Positions 1 to 8,792 of a DNA stretch of 64,000 nucleotides are shown here, piece by piece (within the stretch, counting starts at the first letter, position 1; the number at the start of each line of letters is the position of its first letter). The notes beneath the pieces were generated by a model that was given only the letters and a program-made list of their open reading frames with translations, ran no database searches and was not told the DNA's origin. Where the stretch lies: assembly GCA_026707145.1 (NCBI GenBank), contig JAPOXK010000021.1, positions 311,526-375,525 of the forward strand, written 5' to 3'. The position numbers were made by a program, and so were the translations under genes. Origin of the DNA: Chloroflexota bacterium. GTDB lineage: Bacteria > Chloroflexota > Dehalococcoidia > Bin125.

Positions 1-327
1 GATCGCCGGCAAACGGCGAGCCCAGGCTTGGGCTGCAATACGCAGGGCTGCCTCGCCCTTCTCCGTAAGCGTACACACATTACGCTCCCGGCCGCTCACG
101 GCTTTCCGCTCACAGGCGATCAACCCTTCTGATTCCAAATCGCGGATAGCCGGGTATATCACCCCCGCTGACGGGTCACAGGCGCCGTCGCAGATCGACC
201 GCACACGTTGCGCCAACTCGTAGCCATGTCCCGGCCCGCCCGCCATAGCTGCTAACACGAACATTCGTGAGGCGGCCCGATTGATCGCTGTCTCCCAATG
301 TTCACTGGCCGTTAGGTCGGCTACCAT
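1..327 (-). CDS. PadR-family transcriptional regulator (N-terminal part inside window; runs off the 5' edge)
   Basis: Reverse-complement translation of 1..327 gives MVADLTASEHWETAINRAASRMFVLAAMAGGPGHGYELAQRVRSICDGACDPSAGVIYPAIRDLESEGLIACERKAVSGRERNVCTLTEKGEAALRI.... The GPxHGYEL, IYPAIRDLE and GLI motifs are typical of the PadR winged helix. The ATG is at 325-327. It is absent from the ORF track because it has no stop inside the window. Confidence 0.6.
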   Translation of the reverse strand, partial: MVADLTASEHWETAINRAASRMFVLAAMAGGPGHGYELAQRVRSICDGACDPSAGVIYPAIRDLESEGLIACERKAVSGRERNVCTLTEKGEAALRIAAQAWARRLPAI

Positions 328-441
328 CGCCTCTTCATTTCTAATATATCTGATTCTGATATATCGTTATCATACCTATCCTGTCAACCTCCACATCCCT
401 TTAGTCTGCCATCAAGTTCTCGTTACGAGCGAGGTGTTCCT

Positions 442-951
442 GTGTCCTCGCCCAGCCTTCCGCATCGCGTCACTGTGGAGCGGCAGCGTCTCCGGTTCGC
501 CGCCGGACACTTCGCCGTCCTTAGCCACGCGCTCGAGCCAATCCACGGCCATAACTACGATGTCTTCGTTGACGTGGCCGGCGCCCTCAGCGAGCGCGAA
601 GCCTGGGTCATCGACTTCTCCCTGCTCAAGCGACTAACCCGCGAGATCTGTCAAGATCTCGATCACAAGTTTCTCTTGCAGATGCACTGCTCCCGCCTGA
701 GCATTCGCGACGACGGCGACCACTACGTCATTCAGTACCAGAGCGACCCGGCTTACCGCCTGCCGAAGCGAGACGTTGCCGCGCTCCCCATCGATAACAG
801 CACCGTCGAGCGCTTGGCTGAGTACATCGCCAGCGAGCTGCGGGACAAACTCACAGCAGAAGGGCCCTCCGGCCTGGTCTCACTCAGCGTTGGCGTCGAG
901 GAGATGCCCGGGCAGGCGGCCTGGTACAGTCTCGAACTCTCGATGGGTTAG
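442..951 (+). CDS. 6-pyruvoyl-tetrahydropterin synthase (PTPS/QueD) family protein
   Basis: 169 aa. An HGHNY motif (PIHGHNYDVFVD) precedes a conserved DF..LK segment, which is typical of the PTPS fold. The position normally holding the catalytic Cys upstream of HGH appears to be Glu (LEPIHGH). Confidence 0.55.
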   Translation: MSSPSLPHRVTVERQRLRFAAGHFAVLSHALEPIHGHNYDVFVDVAGALSEREAWVIDFSLLKRLTREICQDLDHKFLLQMHCSRLSIRDDGDHYVIQYQSDPAYRLPKRDVAALPIDNSTVERLAEYIASELRDKLTAEGPSGLVSLSVGVEEMPGQAAWYSLELSMG

Positions 952-962
952 CCGCACTAGCG

Positions 963-1466
963 ATGGCTCGCGTTCTCGTGCTCTACGACGGTCGTGGTCT
1001 CACTCAAGAGCTCGCGCGGGCGGTCCTGCAGGGGGTGCGGGCCGTCGATGGCGCCGAGCCGATCGACCGCCCCCTCGACCAAGCCCAGACGACCGATCTC
1101 CTAGCTTGTGACGCACTGATCCTGGGCTCACCCAATTGGAGCGGCATCACCGGCAAGCTCAAGGGTTGGCTAGATCACAGCGGCGACCTCTGGGAAAGCG
1201 GTGATCTAGCGGGCAAGGTCGGCGCCTGCTTCACCGCGGGCTGGTCGCGCTCCGGAGGTAGCGAGGCGACTCTCCTCCAGTTAATCCACCTGCTGATGGC
1301 GCATGGACTCGTGATCGTCGGGTTGCCTTGGAGCGAGGCGATGCGCGAGTCGGGCTCCTACTACGGGGCCACTGGCCACGGCCAGATCACCGAGCTCGAC
1401 CGCCAACAGGCGCGCGCACTCGGTGCGCGCGTCGCGCGCGTCACTCTGCGACTCAGCCCAGACTAA
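963..1466 (+). CDS. flavodoxin-like fold NAD(P)H-dependent FMN reductase / WrbA-like protein
   Basis: 167 aa. It starts RVLVLY, followed by LILGSPNWSGITGKLKGWLD, a typical flavodoxin-like FMN-binding loop. Confidence 0.5.
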   Translation: MARVLVLYDGRGLTQELARAVLQGVRAVDGAEPIDRPLDQAQTTDLLACDALILGSPNWSGITGKLKGWLDHSGDLWESGDLAGKVGACFTAGWSRSGGSEATLLQLIHLLMAHGLVIVGLPWSEAMRESGSYYGATGHGQITELDRQQARALGARVARVTLRLSPD

Positions 1467-1506
1467 CGACCAAGATCCCCCTGTCCCGCTAACAGTCGAG
1501 ACGCCC

Positions 1507-2712
1507 TCACTCCTCACAGCGGAGGCTTATCTCTTCCAACATCGCTCCGATCCGCGACCGCAGTTCGTCGATACCCCAATGTTTCGCCGCCGAGATCAGC
1601 AGTGTCTGCGGCCGATCTTCCTGTACTTGCGCGGCGAACTGGCGCACCCGCTCCGACGGCCCCGTCTCGTTTGACTCTCCGTCGATCCGGTCGGCTTTAT
1701 TCAGCAGAGTCAGAATAGGCCGCTCCGACAATCCCAGATCCACCAAGGTGTTCTCCACCGTCTGGCTCTGCTCGGCCGCGTCCGGGTGCGCGATATCGAC
1801 CACATGCAGAAGTAACTCGGCCTCGTTCAACTCTTCGAGCGTGGCACGGAAAGCGGCCACCAACTGGGTGGGTAATTTCTCAATGAATCCCACCGTGTCC
1901 GTTAGCAACAGCGAGCGCCCGTCTCGCAAGGCGGTGCGCCGCGTCACCGGATCCAGGGTCTCGAAGAGCCGGTCGTGTGCTCGCACCTCAGCACCGGTGA
2001 GCGCGTTCATCAGAGTGCTCTTGCCCGCGTTGGTATAGCCCACCAACGCCACTACCGGCACGCCGTTCCGACGGCGCCTCCTCCGGTACCGCAGCCGATG
2101 CCGCTTCACCTGCTCGATCTCGCCCTTGAGCCGCTTAATCTGGGCACGCACCAAGCGCCGGTCCGTCTCGAGCTGCGTCTCGCCAGGACCTCGCGCCCCG
2201 ATCGCCCCTTCCATGCGTTCCAAGTGCCCCCACTGACCGGCCAACCGTGGCAGCAAATACTCGTGCTGGGCCAGCGCTACCTGCAGCGCTCCCTCCCGTG
2301 TCCGCGCCCGCTGCGCGAAGATGTCGAGGATCAGAGCCGTTCGATCGATCACCTTGAGACCGAGCGCCCGCTCCAGCACGCGCTGCTGCGCAGGCGTCAA
2401 CTCGTCGTCGAAGATCGCGACGGTGTAGCCCAGCGACTCCCGCGCGTCCACCAACTCCGCGAGCTTTCCCTTGCCGATATACGACCTGCGGTCGGGATGC
2501 TTCAGGCGCTGCAAAACTCGCGCCACAGGTACGGCACCCGCAGTTTCCGCCAACATCTCCAGCTCATCTAGGGAGGCTTGCGCGTTCCAGTGGCGGAGGT
2601 TATCGCTCCGCTCTGTGACGTCGACGCCTACCAGCAGGGCGCGCTCGGGCGTCGTCGTCGCGTACGTCGCGTGCGGGACTCGCTCGATCCTGTACTCCTT
2701 GGGGTTCGCAAT
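1507..2712 (-). CDS. hflX: GTPase HflX (true start upstream of the listed ATG; exact start codon unclear)
   Basis: G-domain motifs VALVGYTNAGKSTLMNALTG, DTVGF and NKAD. Extending the frame 5' of the listed Met gives ...TPERALLVGVDVTERSDNLRHWNAQASLDELE-MLAETAG.... ERALLVGV corresponds to the canonical HflX N-terminal ERAVLVGV block, so the listed ATG at 2554-2556 is internal. No ATG/GTG/TTG occurs in frame between 2557 and the upstream in-frame TGA at 2731-2733, which is the stop of the preceding gene. Confidence 0.8.
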   Translation of the reverse strand: MANPKEYRIERVPHATYATTTPERALLVGVDVTERSDNLRHWNAQASLDELEMLAETAGAVPVARVLQRLKHPDRRSYIGKGKLAELVDARESLGYTVAIFDDELTPAQQRVLERALGLKVIDRTALILDIFAQRARTREGALQVALAQHEYLLPRLAGQWGHLERMEGAIGARGPGETQLETDRRLVRAQIKRLKGEIEQVKRHRLRYRRRRRRNGVPVVALVGYTNAGKSTLMNALTGAEVRAHDRLFETLDPVTRRTALRDGRSLLLTDTVGFIEKLPTQLVAAFRATLEELNEAELLLHVVDIAHPDAAEQSQTVENTLVDLGLSERPILTLLNKADRIDGESNETGPSERVRQFAAQVQEDRPQTLLISAAKHWGIDELRSRIGAMLEEISLRCEE

Positions 2713-2730
2713 ATCGTTAGGGCGCTCGGG

Positions 2731-3894
2731 TCAGCCGGCAGTCCAGTTCGCGATCCGCTGCAATCCTTCCTCAAGCTTGTCGTCAGGGGTTGTCAGGGAC
2801 AGCCGTACGTAGCCTTCCCCCGCCGCGCCGTAGCCGTTTCCGGGCGTCACGACCACTGCTTGGTCCTCCAGCAGCCGCCTTGCGAAATCGATGCTGGTCA
2901 TTCCATTGGGCACTCGCGCCCACACATACATACCCGCCTTCGGCTTCTGAACCCGCAGTCCGATCCTCAGCAAGGCCGCGACGACCCGGTCCCGCCGCCG
3001 CTCCAAGATCGCTGCGCTTTCCGTCGTGACGCTCTGATCACCGCTGATCGCCTCGATCGCCATCCGTTGGATCGCCTGCGGGATCCCACTGTCGATGTTG
3101 GACTTCACTCGCATCAGCGCATTGATCACTTCGCGGTTGCCCACCGCCATCGCAATCCGCCAGCCGGTCATGTTGTACGACTTGCTGAACGAGTGAAACT
3201 CGATTCCCACCTCCCCCGCCCCTTGCGCCTGTAAGAACGAGGGAGGCTCGTACCCGTCGTAGCCGACCTCGCTGTAGGCATTGTCATGACAAACGACTAA
3301 GTCGTGCCGCTTTGCGAAGGCCACCACCTCTTCAAAGAACGCAAGCGACGCCACGGCACCCGTCGGATTATTGGGATAGTTGATCCAGAGGATCGTCGCG
3401 CGCTCCAGCACCTCAGCGGGGATTGCGTCAAGATCCGGCAGCCAGTTGTTCTCCTCCCGCAGCGGCAAGAAGTGCGACTCACCCCCCGCGAACATCGTCC
3501 CCATCGCATAGACCGGATAGCCGGGGTTAGGCACCAGCGCCACCCCGCCCGGATCGATGAAGCACAGCGCGATGTGGGCGATTCCCTCCTTCGCCCCGAT
3601 TAAGGGCAGCACCTCCGTATCCGGATCTAAGTCGATACCGAAGCGCCGCTTGTACCAAGCCGCGATCGCGGCGCGCAGCTCTGAGAGCCCTTCCGTCTCC
3701 GGGTAGCGATGATTCTGAGGATCGTCGGCAGCGTGATGCAATGCCTGCAGGATCGGCGACGGGGTCGGCAGATCGGGGTCGCCGATGCCGAACGTGATCA
3801 CGTCGATCCCCTGCGCCCGCTTCTTCGCGATCGCCTTGCTGATCTCAACGAATAGATAGGGCGGCAGTGACTCCACCCGCTTAGCAACGCGCAT
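2731..3894 (-). CDS. dapL: LL-diaminopimelate aminotransferase (DapL type)
   Basis: 387 aa. N-terminal RVESLPPYLF and the PLP-lysine region SFSKSYNMTGWRIA, plus NPTG, match the DapL family of fold-type I aminotransferases. dapF lies downstream in the same array. Confidence 0.75.
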   Translation of the reverse strand: MRVAKRVESLPPYLFVEISKAIAKKRAQGIDVITFGIGDPDLPTPSPILQALHHAADDPQNHRYPETEGLSELRAAIAAWYKRRFGIDLDPDTEVLPLIGAKEGIAHIALCFIDPGGVALVPNPGYPVYAMGTMFAGGESHFLPLREENNWLPDLDAIPAEVLERATILWINYPNNPTGAVASLAFFEEVVAFAKRHDLVVCHDNAYSEVGYDGYEPPSFLQAQGAGEVGIEFHSFSKSYNMTGWRIAMAVGNREVINALMRVKSNIDSGIPQAIQRMAIEAISGDQSVTTESAAILERRRDRVVAALLRIGLRVQKPKAGMYVWARVPNGMTSIDFARRLLEDQAVVVTPGNGYGAAGEGYVRLSLTTPDDKLEEGLQRIANWTAG

Positions 3895-3984
3895 CGGTCC
3901 CCCATCTCGCAGCTACCCTGCTTATCGCCGTACAGGATGCAAAGCACAGCCAGCGACGGGCTGTGGATCGCGTAGCGCCGCAGC

Positions 3985-4917
3985 CTACCATTTGCCCCAG
4001 ATCTTGCCGACCTTGAAGTAGGTCGAGCTCTTCTCCGCACGCCGCCGCTCGATCTCCGCTTGGTCAACGGGACGCCGGTAGCGCAGTCGCTCCTGTACCC
4101 GGTAGAAACCCAGTGTCTTGAAAAAGGGGGCGGTCGAGAGGTCCGTTGAGAGGCTGACCGTCAACACGCGCCGCCGGGCTTGCCGTCCCCACTCGATCGC
4201 CGCGCTGATCAGCGCGGCGCCCACGTCCTGTGGCCAGCGCGCAGGATCGACGACGAACTCGTCCGCGAACAAGCCTCGCTTTCCCGTGACGACGACGCGC
4301 AGGAATCCCACCAGTTCTCCTTCCACTTCCACCAGCCCCACCCATGCAGCCTCTTCGACGAAGCCGACCGGCAAAGGGGGAGCGATCGCATCCGCACCGC
4401 GCACCGCGGCGTCGAATCGTGCGATCGTTTCGCCGTCCGCCGCCGTCGCATCGCGCACCAGCACGCCCTCGCGGGGAGTGCTGAGTGGCTCGACATCGCG
4501 TATATCGCGACAACGCAGCAGCGACCATTCAAGCTCTTCAAAGGCCGCACCTTGCAAAGCTGGATGCATGAGGTGCCGGTGTCCCGAATCGTTGTAGTCG
4601 AGCACCATCGTCTCGCAGTCGGTGCGCGCAAGTGCGACTACGGCCAAGTCCGTTACCAAGCGACCCAGCTGATCGCGGGCTGCATCCAAGTCACCGAACT
4701 CGTAATAGACGCGCAACTGCCGCCCGGCCGGCAAGCCGAGCACGTAGCCATCGGCACTGTGCGCGACGATCACCCTCCGTTCCTCCACGAGCGCGTCGTA
4801 GTCCGCATCGTCGAGGTTGCGGTAGCGCAGTGCTTGATCGCCCAAGGTGCGATGCAGTTCGCGCACCAGCCCGGGAGCACGGTCCGACTGATGCCGCGAG
4901 TAATCAGGGATGACCAT
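3985..4917 (-). CDS. two-domain GNAT-family N-acetyltransferase
   Basis: 310 aa. The C-terminal half has a GNAT acetyl-CoA-binding signature (VGFLRVVVTGKRGLFADEFVVDP...VGAALISAAIEWGRQARRRVLTV...FFKTLGF). The N-terminal half resembles a second, degenerate GNAT fold. Confidence 0.55.
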   Translation of the reverse strand: MVIPDYSRHQSDRAPGLVRELHRTLGDQALRYRNLDDADYDALVEERRVIVAHSADGYVLGLPAGRQLRVYYEFGDLDAARDQLGRLVTDLAVVALARTDCETMVLDYNDSGHRHLMHPALQGAAFEELEWSLLRCRDIRDVEPLSTPREGVLVRDATAADGETIARFDAAVRGADAIAPPLPVGFVEEAAWVGLVEVEGELVGFLRVVVTGKRGLFADEFVVDPARWPQDVGAALISAAIEWGRQARRRVLTVSLSTDLSTAPFFKTLGFYRVQERLRYRRPVDQAEIERRRAEKSSTYFKVGKIWGKW

Positions 4918-5779
4918 CGTGGGTCCGATCGGTAATCCACTGTCCTTCGAATACCCGTTCCGCCGGTCCCTCGAGCGAAACCGATCCTTCTCCGTCCCAA
5001 GAGAGATCGAGATCGCCGCCCGGCAGCGAGACCGTCACACGCTCACCGACCAGGCCGTGAAGCCGCGCCGCAACCATACCGGCAGCGGCCCCTGAGCCGC
5101 AGGCCAGCGTGGGACCCGCGCCACGCTCCCACACGCGCAGGTGCAGCCGCTCGGGGGATTCCACGTGGACGACCTCGAAGTTCGTCCGTTGGGGGAAACG
5201 ATCGTGCCGCTCCACCAACGGCCCCAGCCGCTCCAACGCAAACGCGCTCAAGGGGCCATCGACGAAGTGCACCGCGTGCGGGTTGCCCAGCGAGACGCAG
5301 GTCACCGCCAGTTCCGTTCCGTTCACTGCGATCGGCAGATTCATGACCGGTCCGGGTCCATCTGCACAGACGGGGATCTCCTCCGGCTCCAAGCGTGGTG
5401 CTCCCATGGACAACCGGACCCGCTCGACCGACTGATCCGCAGCGGTCGCCGTCACGACGGCACTCACTACCCCAGCGCCCGTCTCCACTGCCAAAGCACC
5501 GTCGCGGAGCACGGCACCACCTTGCTCCAGCGCCCATTTGACCACGCAGCGCAACCCATTGCCGCACATCTCCGCCTCGGAACCGTCGGCGTTGAACAGC
5601 CGCATCTGCAGTGCAGCCCGTCCCGACTCCTCCACCACCAGCAAGCCGTCCGCACCTACACCGAAGTGCCGATCACAGATCGACGGGGCGAGTTCTGCCC
5701 AACCGGCCTGAATGGTACGGCCGTCTATCAGCACGAAGTCATTGCCGGTGCCCTGCATCTTGCTGAAGGGAATTTCCAT
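4904..5779 (-). CDS. dapF: diaminopimelate epimerase
   Basis: 291 aa. It has MEIPFSKMQGTGNDFVLID and a second active-site Cys region, GNGLRC. Confidence 0.9.
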   Translation of the reverse strand: MEIPFSKMQGTGNDFVLIDGRTIQAGWAELAPSICDRHFGVGADGLLVVEESGRAALQMRLFNADGSEAEMCGNGLRCVVKWALEQGGAVLRDGALAVETGAGVVSAVVTATAADQSVERVRLSMGAPRLEPEEIPVCADGPGPVMNLPIAVNGTELAVTCVSLGNPHAVHFVDGPLSAFALERLGPLVERHDRFPQRTNFEVVHVESPERLHLRVWERGAGPTLACGSGAAAGMVAARLHGLVGERVTVSLPGGDLDLSWDGEGSVSLEGPAERVFEGQWITDRTHDGHP

Positions 5780-5854
5780 CGTGCGTCGCCTTGCTATCCA
5801 CGGATTGTAAAGGTCCGGCGGCGTACGGCCGATCGGCAGTGCGGCTTCCTTTTC

Positions 5855-6766
5855 CTAACTCTGGACCGTGCGGGCGACGGCCACCAGCGCCAGCGCTTGC
5901 TCCACGTGGCCGAGCCAGTGAATCCGATCGTCACGCCGACGGAACCACCGCTGCTGTCGGCGGGCCAGTTTCCGCGTCGCTTGCTTCACCGCGGTGATCG
6001 TCTCTACCCGGGTGATCTCGCCCGCGAGATGGCGGCAGACCTCCGGGTAGCCCACGCTCTCCAGCGCCGACTCTTTGGAGTCGAGTCCGCTCTTCAGCAG
6101 TGCGCGTACCTCATCGACGAAACCGCGCGCGAACATCGAATCGACTCGCCTCTCAATGCGAGCGTCTAAATCCTCGCGCTCAAGCGCTGGCGCGACGACT
6201 AGCGCCTCGAGTGGGTCACGGCTCTCGTGCCAGCTAGAGATCGGCTTACCGGTCAGAGCGTGGACTTCCAGTGCCCGGATCACTCGACGCACGTTCGTCG
6301 GCGCGATCCGCTGCGCAGCTTGCGGATCGATCGCGATCAGATCGGCATGGAGCTGCCCCGCGCCCTCCCTCATGGAACGCGCCTCCATGTAGCTTCGCAG
6401 CTCCAAATCCGGCTCAATCTCCGGAACCGACCAACCTTCCAACAAAGCCCACACGTACTGACCCGTACCACCCGCGAGTATGGGCAAGCACTGCCGCGAT
6501 CGGATCTCGGCGATCGCCGCCCGCGCCTCTGCGAGAAATCGCACCAGGTTATAGCGCTCCGATGGATCGGTATGGCCGACAAGATGGTGCGGTACTCGTC
6601 CGCGCCGCGCTGGGCCAAGCTGGGCCGTCCCGATGGCCATACCACGATAGACTTGGCGGCTATCGGCACCGATGACTTCACCGTTGAACGCTTGGGCGAT
6701 CGCGAGAGCCCACTCGCTCTTCCCAGAAGCCGTGGGCCCAACCACTGCCACGAGCGGTGGAACCAT
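5855..6766 (-). CDS. miaA: tRNA dimethylallyltransferase
   Basis: 303 aa. It has the P-loop VAVVGPTASGKSEWALAIAQ and DSRQVYRGMAIGTAQ. Confidence 0.9.
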   Translation of the reverse strand: MVPPLVAVVGPTASGKSEWALAIAQAFNGEVIGADSRQVYRGMAIGTAQLGPARRGRVPHHLVGHTDPSERYNLVRFLAEARAAIAEIRSRQCLPILAGGTGQYVWALLEGWSVPEIEPDLELRSYMEARSMREGAGQLHADLIAIDPQAAQRIAPTNVRRVIRALEVHALTGKPISSWHESRDPLEALVVAPALEREDLDARIERRVDSMFARGFVDEVRALLKSGLDSKESALESVGYPEVCRHLAGEITRVETITAVKQATRKLARRQQRWFRRRDDRIHWLGHVEQALALVAVARTVQS

Positions 6767-6775
6767 GGTCGGAGC

Positions 6776-7549
6776 TTAGGCCCTCTTCGCCCCCGCGATC
6801 GCGCGGGTGATCGCGAGAAACTGCTCCGCGTCCAGGGAGGCCCCACCCACTAATGCTCCGTCGAGGTCGGGCTGGGCAGCGAACTCAGCGATGTTCTCCG
6901 CTTTGACGGACCCGCCGTAGAGGATCCGCGCGGATGTGGCGACTGCGTCACCCTGTAGTTCCGCAAGCACGGCGCGGATCAACGCCGCGGCATCCTGGGC
7001 CTGCTCGCCCGTAGCCGGCATGCCGCTGCCGATCGCCCACACCGGCTCGTAGGCCACCACGAAGCCCTCTGGTATATCCAGCCCTTCCAACGCGCCCCAC
7101 AGCTGGCGCTGCAACACGACTTGGGTATGCCCAGCTTGGCGCTCCTCCGCTCGCTCGCCGATCGCCAGGATTGAGTGCAGTCCATGCACGCGAGCGGCTT
7201 CGATCTTGCTCTTCAGAGCAGCGTCGTTCTCACAGAAGTAACGGCGCCGCTCGGAGTGACCCAAGATCACCCAGCTCGCGACCTCGGCCAACTGCCGCGG
7301 ACTCACCTCGCCGGTGAAGGCGCCCGTGGCGGCGAAGTGCATGTTCTGCCCCGCCATCTCAATGCCGCTGCTACGCAAGCGCTCCGCCACTCGCGCAAGC
7401 TGCAAGAATCCCGGAGCCACTACCGTCGTTACCCCGTCGACCTCGGAGAGGCCTGCTAGAGACTCAGCGAGCTGCTCGGCTTCCGCGTTGGTCGCGTGCA
7501 TTTTCCAGTTACCAACGCTGATCGGCGTACGCATCGCGGCCTCAAGCAC
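6776..7549 (-). CDS. tpiA: triosephosphate isomerase
   Basis: 257 aa. It has ISVGNWKMHAT, GHSERR and YGGSV motifs. Confidence 0.9.
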   Translation of the reverse strand: MLEAAMRTPISVGNWKMHATNAEAEQLAESLAGLSEVDGVTTVVAPGFLQLARVAERLRSSGIEMAGQNMHFAATGAFTGEVSPRQLAEVASWVILGHSERRRYFCENDAALKSKIEAARVHGLHSILAIGERAEERQAGHTQVVLQRQLWGALEGLDIPEGFVVAYEPVWAIGSGMPATGEQAQDAAALIRAVLAELQGDAVATSARILYGGSVKAENIAEFAAQPDLDGALVGGASLDAEQFLAITRAIAGAKRA

Positions 7550-8747
7550 CGTACTTGCTGAGTCGGCTGGCGTGGGCCATCAAGAACGGCATCACCGCCG
7601 CCGCCGGGAAGGTGCCCAGTGATCCGTGCGCGCACGACAGCTCGTCGAAGGTGGCGCGCGGATCGGGCCGCGTGTACGGCGAGTGCAGCAGGAACGGCAC
7701 GGAGTGCCAGGAGTGCGCAGCCAAGATCGCGGGAGTGGCATGGTCTCCCGCCACCCCAAGCACATCCGGTTCGAGGTCCAGGAGCACAGGCAGTTGCCGG
7801 TCGAGTTCCTCGATCGCGGCAACTTTGGCGTCGAAGTCGCCGTCTTCACCAGCAGTGTCGGTGCTCTTGTAGTGAACGAAGAAGTAGTCGTAGGCATCCC
7901 AGTGCTGCCGCAAGGCCGTTACCTGTTCATCGAAGCTCGCCGGCCGTCCCAATGCCGTCATTCCCGCCAGTCTGGCCAACCCGCGATACATCGGATAGAT
8001 CGCAGCGCTGGCGGCTTGGATCTTCCAGACGTCTTCGAGCTGCGGCAGCTGCGGCAGCTTGGCGATCCCTCGGAGTAGGAGACCATTGGCCGGAGCAGCA
8101 TCTGTGAGCTGCCGTCTCGCCCCATCACAGAACTGGTTAATCGCTTGCGCCGTGGCGAGTGCGCTGGGGTGAAGCGGCTCGCTGCGAAGGGGCGCAACGC
8201 CAAGTCGCTGCGGGTCGGTTTCACTCACCCGCGCATCGAGATCGGGACCACGCAGCACGAGCACGAAACGATGTTCGCGCACCGGTTCGACGAATACTTC
8301 GATGGCGGGCCCCACGTCGATGGTTCGCAGCCGTTCAACGAGCTTCTGCGCACGCTTCGTGGCGATCCGGCCGGCACGCCGGTCCGTAATGGCGTCGTCG
8401 CGTGCGAGCGTGCAGAAGTTACCGCGTACGGCAACATCCTCAGGAACGAGCGCAAAATCGATGCCAACCGCCTCTAGAACCCCACGCCCCACCTCGAACA
8501 TCAGCGGGTCATAGCCGAAGAGCGCTAAGTGCCCGGGGCCCGATCCCGGCGTGACGCCGGGAGCTACCGGAACGGTCAAGCCCAGATCGCTCTGCGCAGC
8601 CAGCCGGTTGAGGTGAGGCGTACGGGCAGTCTGGAGCTCGGTGCGACGAGTCTGTGGGTGCGACAGGCCGCCAAGACCATCCAGCACAAGCAGGACGATC
8701 TTAGTTTCGGCCGGTCTAGCAAGCAGCCGCGCAAGATCGAGATCCAC
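7542..8747 (-). CDS. apgM: 2,3-bisphosphoglycerate-independent phosphoglycerate mutase, archaeal-type (ApgM family)
   Basis: 401 aa. It has LLVLDGLGG, TPHLNRLA and an AGDHATP metal-site region. It sits between pgk and tpiA, and its start overlaps the tpiA stop. Confidence 0.75.
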   Translation of the reverse strand: MDLDLARLLARPAETKIVLLVLDGLGGLSHPQTRRTELQTARTPHLNRLAAQSDLGLTVPVAPGVTPGSGPGHLALFGYDPLMFEVGRGVLEAVGIDFALVPEDVAVRGNFCTLARDDAITDRRAGRIATKRAQKLVERLRTIDVGPAIEVFVEPVREHRFVLVLRGPDLDARVSETDPQRLGVAPLRSEPLHPSALATAQAINQFCDGARRQLTDAAPANGLLLRGIAKLPQLPQLEDVWKIQAASAAIYPMYRGLARLAGMTALGRPASFDEQVTALRQHWDAYDYFFVHYKSTDTAGEDGDFDAKVAAIEELDRQLPVLLDLEPDVLGVAGDHATPAILAAHSWHSVPFLLHSPYTRPDPRATFDELSCAHGSLGTFPAAAVMPFLMAHASRLSKYGA

Positions 8748-8792
8748 GGCCTATAGCTTCCCCGGTTGACTCTCTAGACGCGATCCCGACGG

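Noticed and set aside
5141-6169. A 342-aa plus-strand ORF, with many similar long ORFs elsewhere (for example 18309..19460, 19856..20860, 21833..22606, 24508..25236, 26246..27133, 26943..28076, 43779..44564, 48074..48781, 50101..51069, 51940..53091, 55645..56520, 57292..58062).
   Set aside because: They run antisense to, or frame-shifted within, genes with strong homology-based identity (dapF/miaA, hisC, hisD, nfeD, the aminotransferase, murE, uvrB, panB, the SDR, fpg, polA, uvrA). Their translations are Arg/Ala/Pro-rich and low-complexity, typical of stop-codon-poor frames in high-GC DNA.
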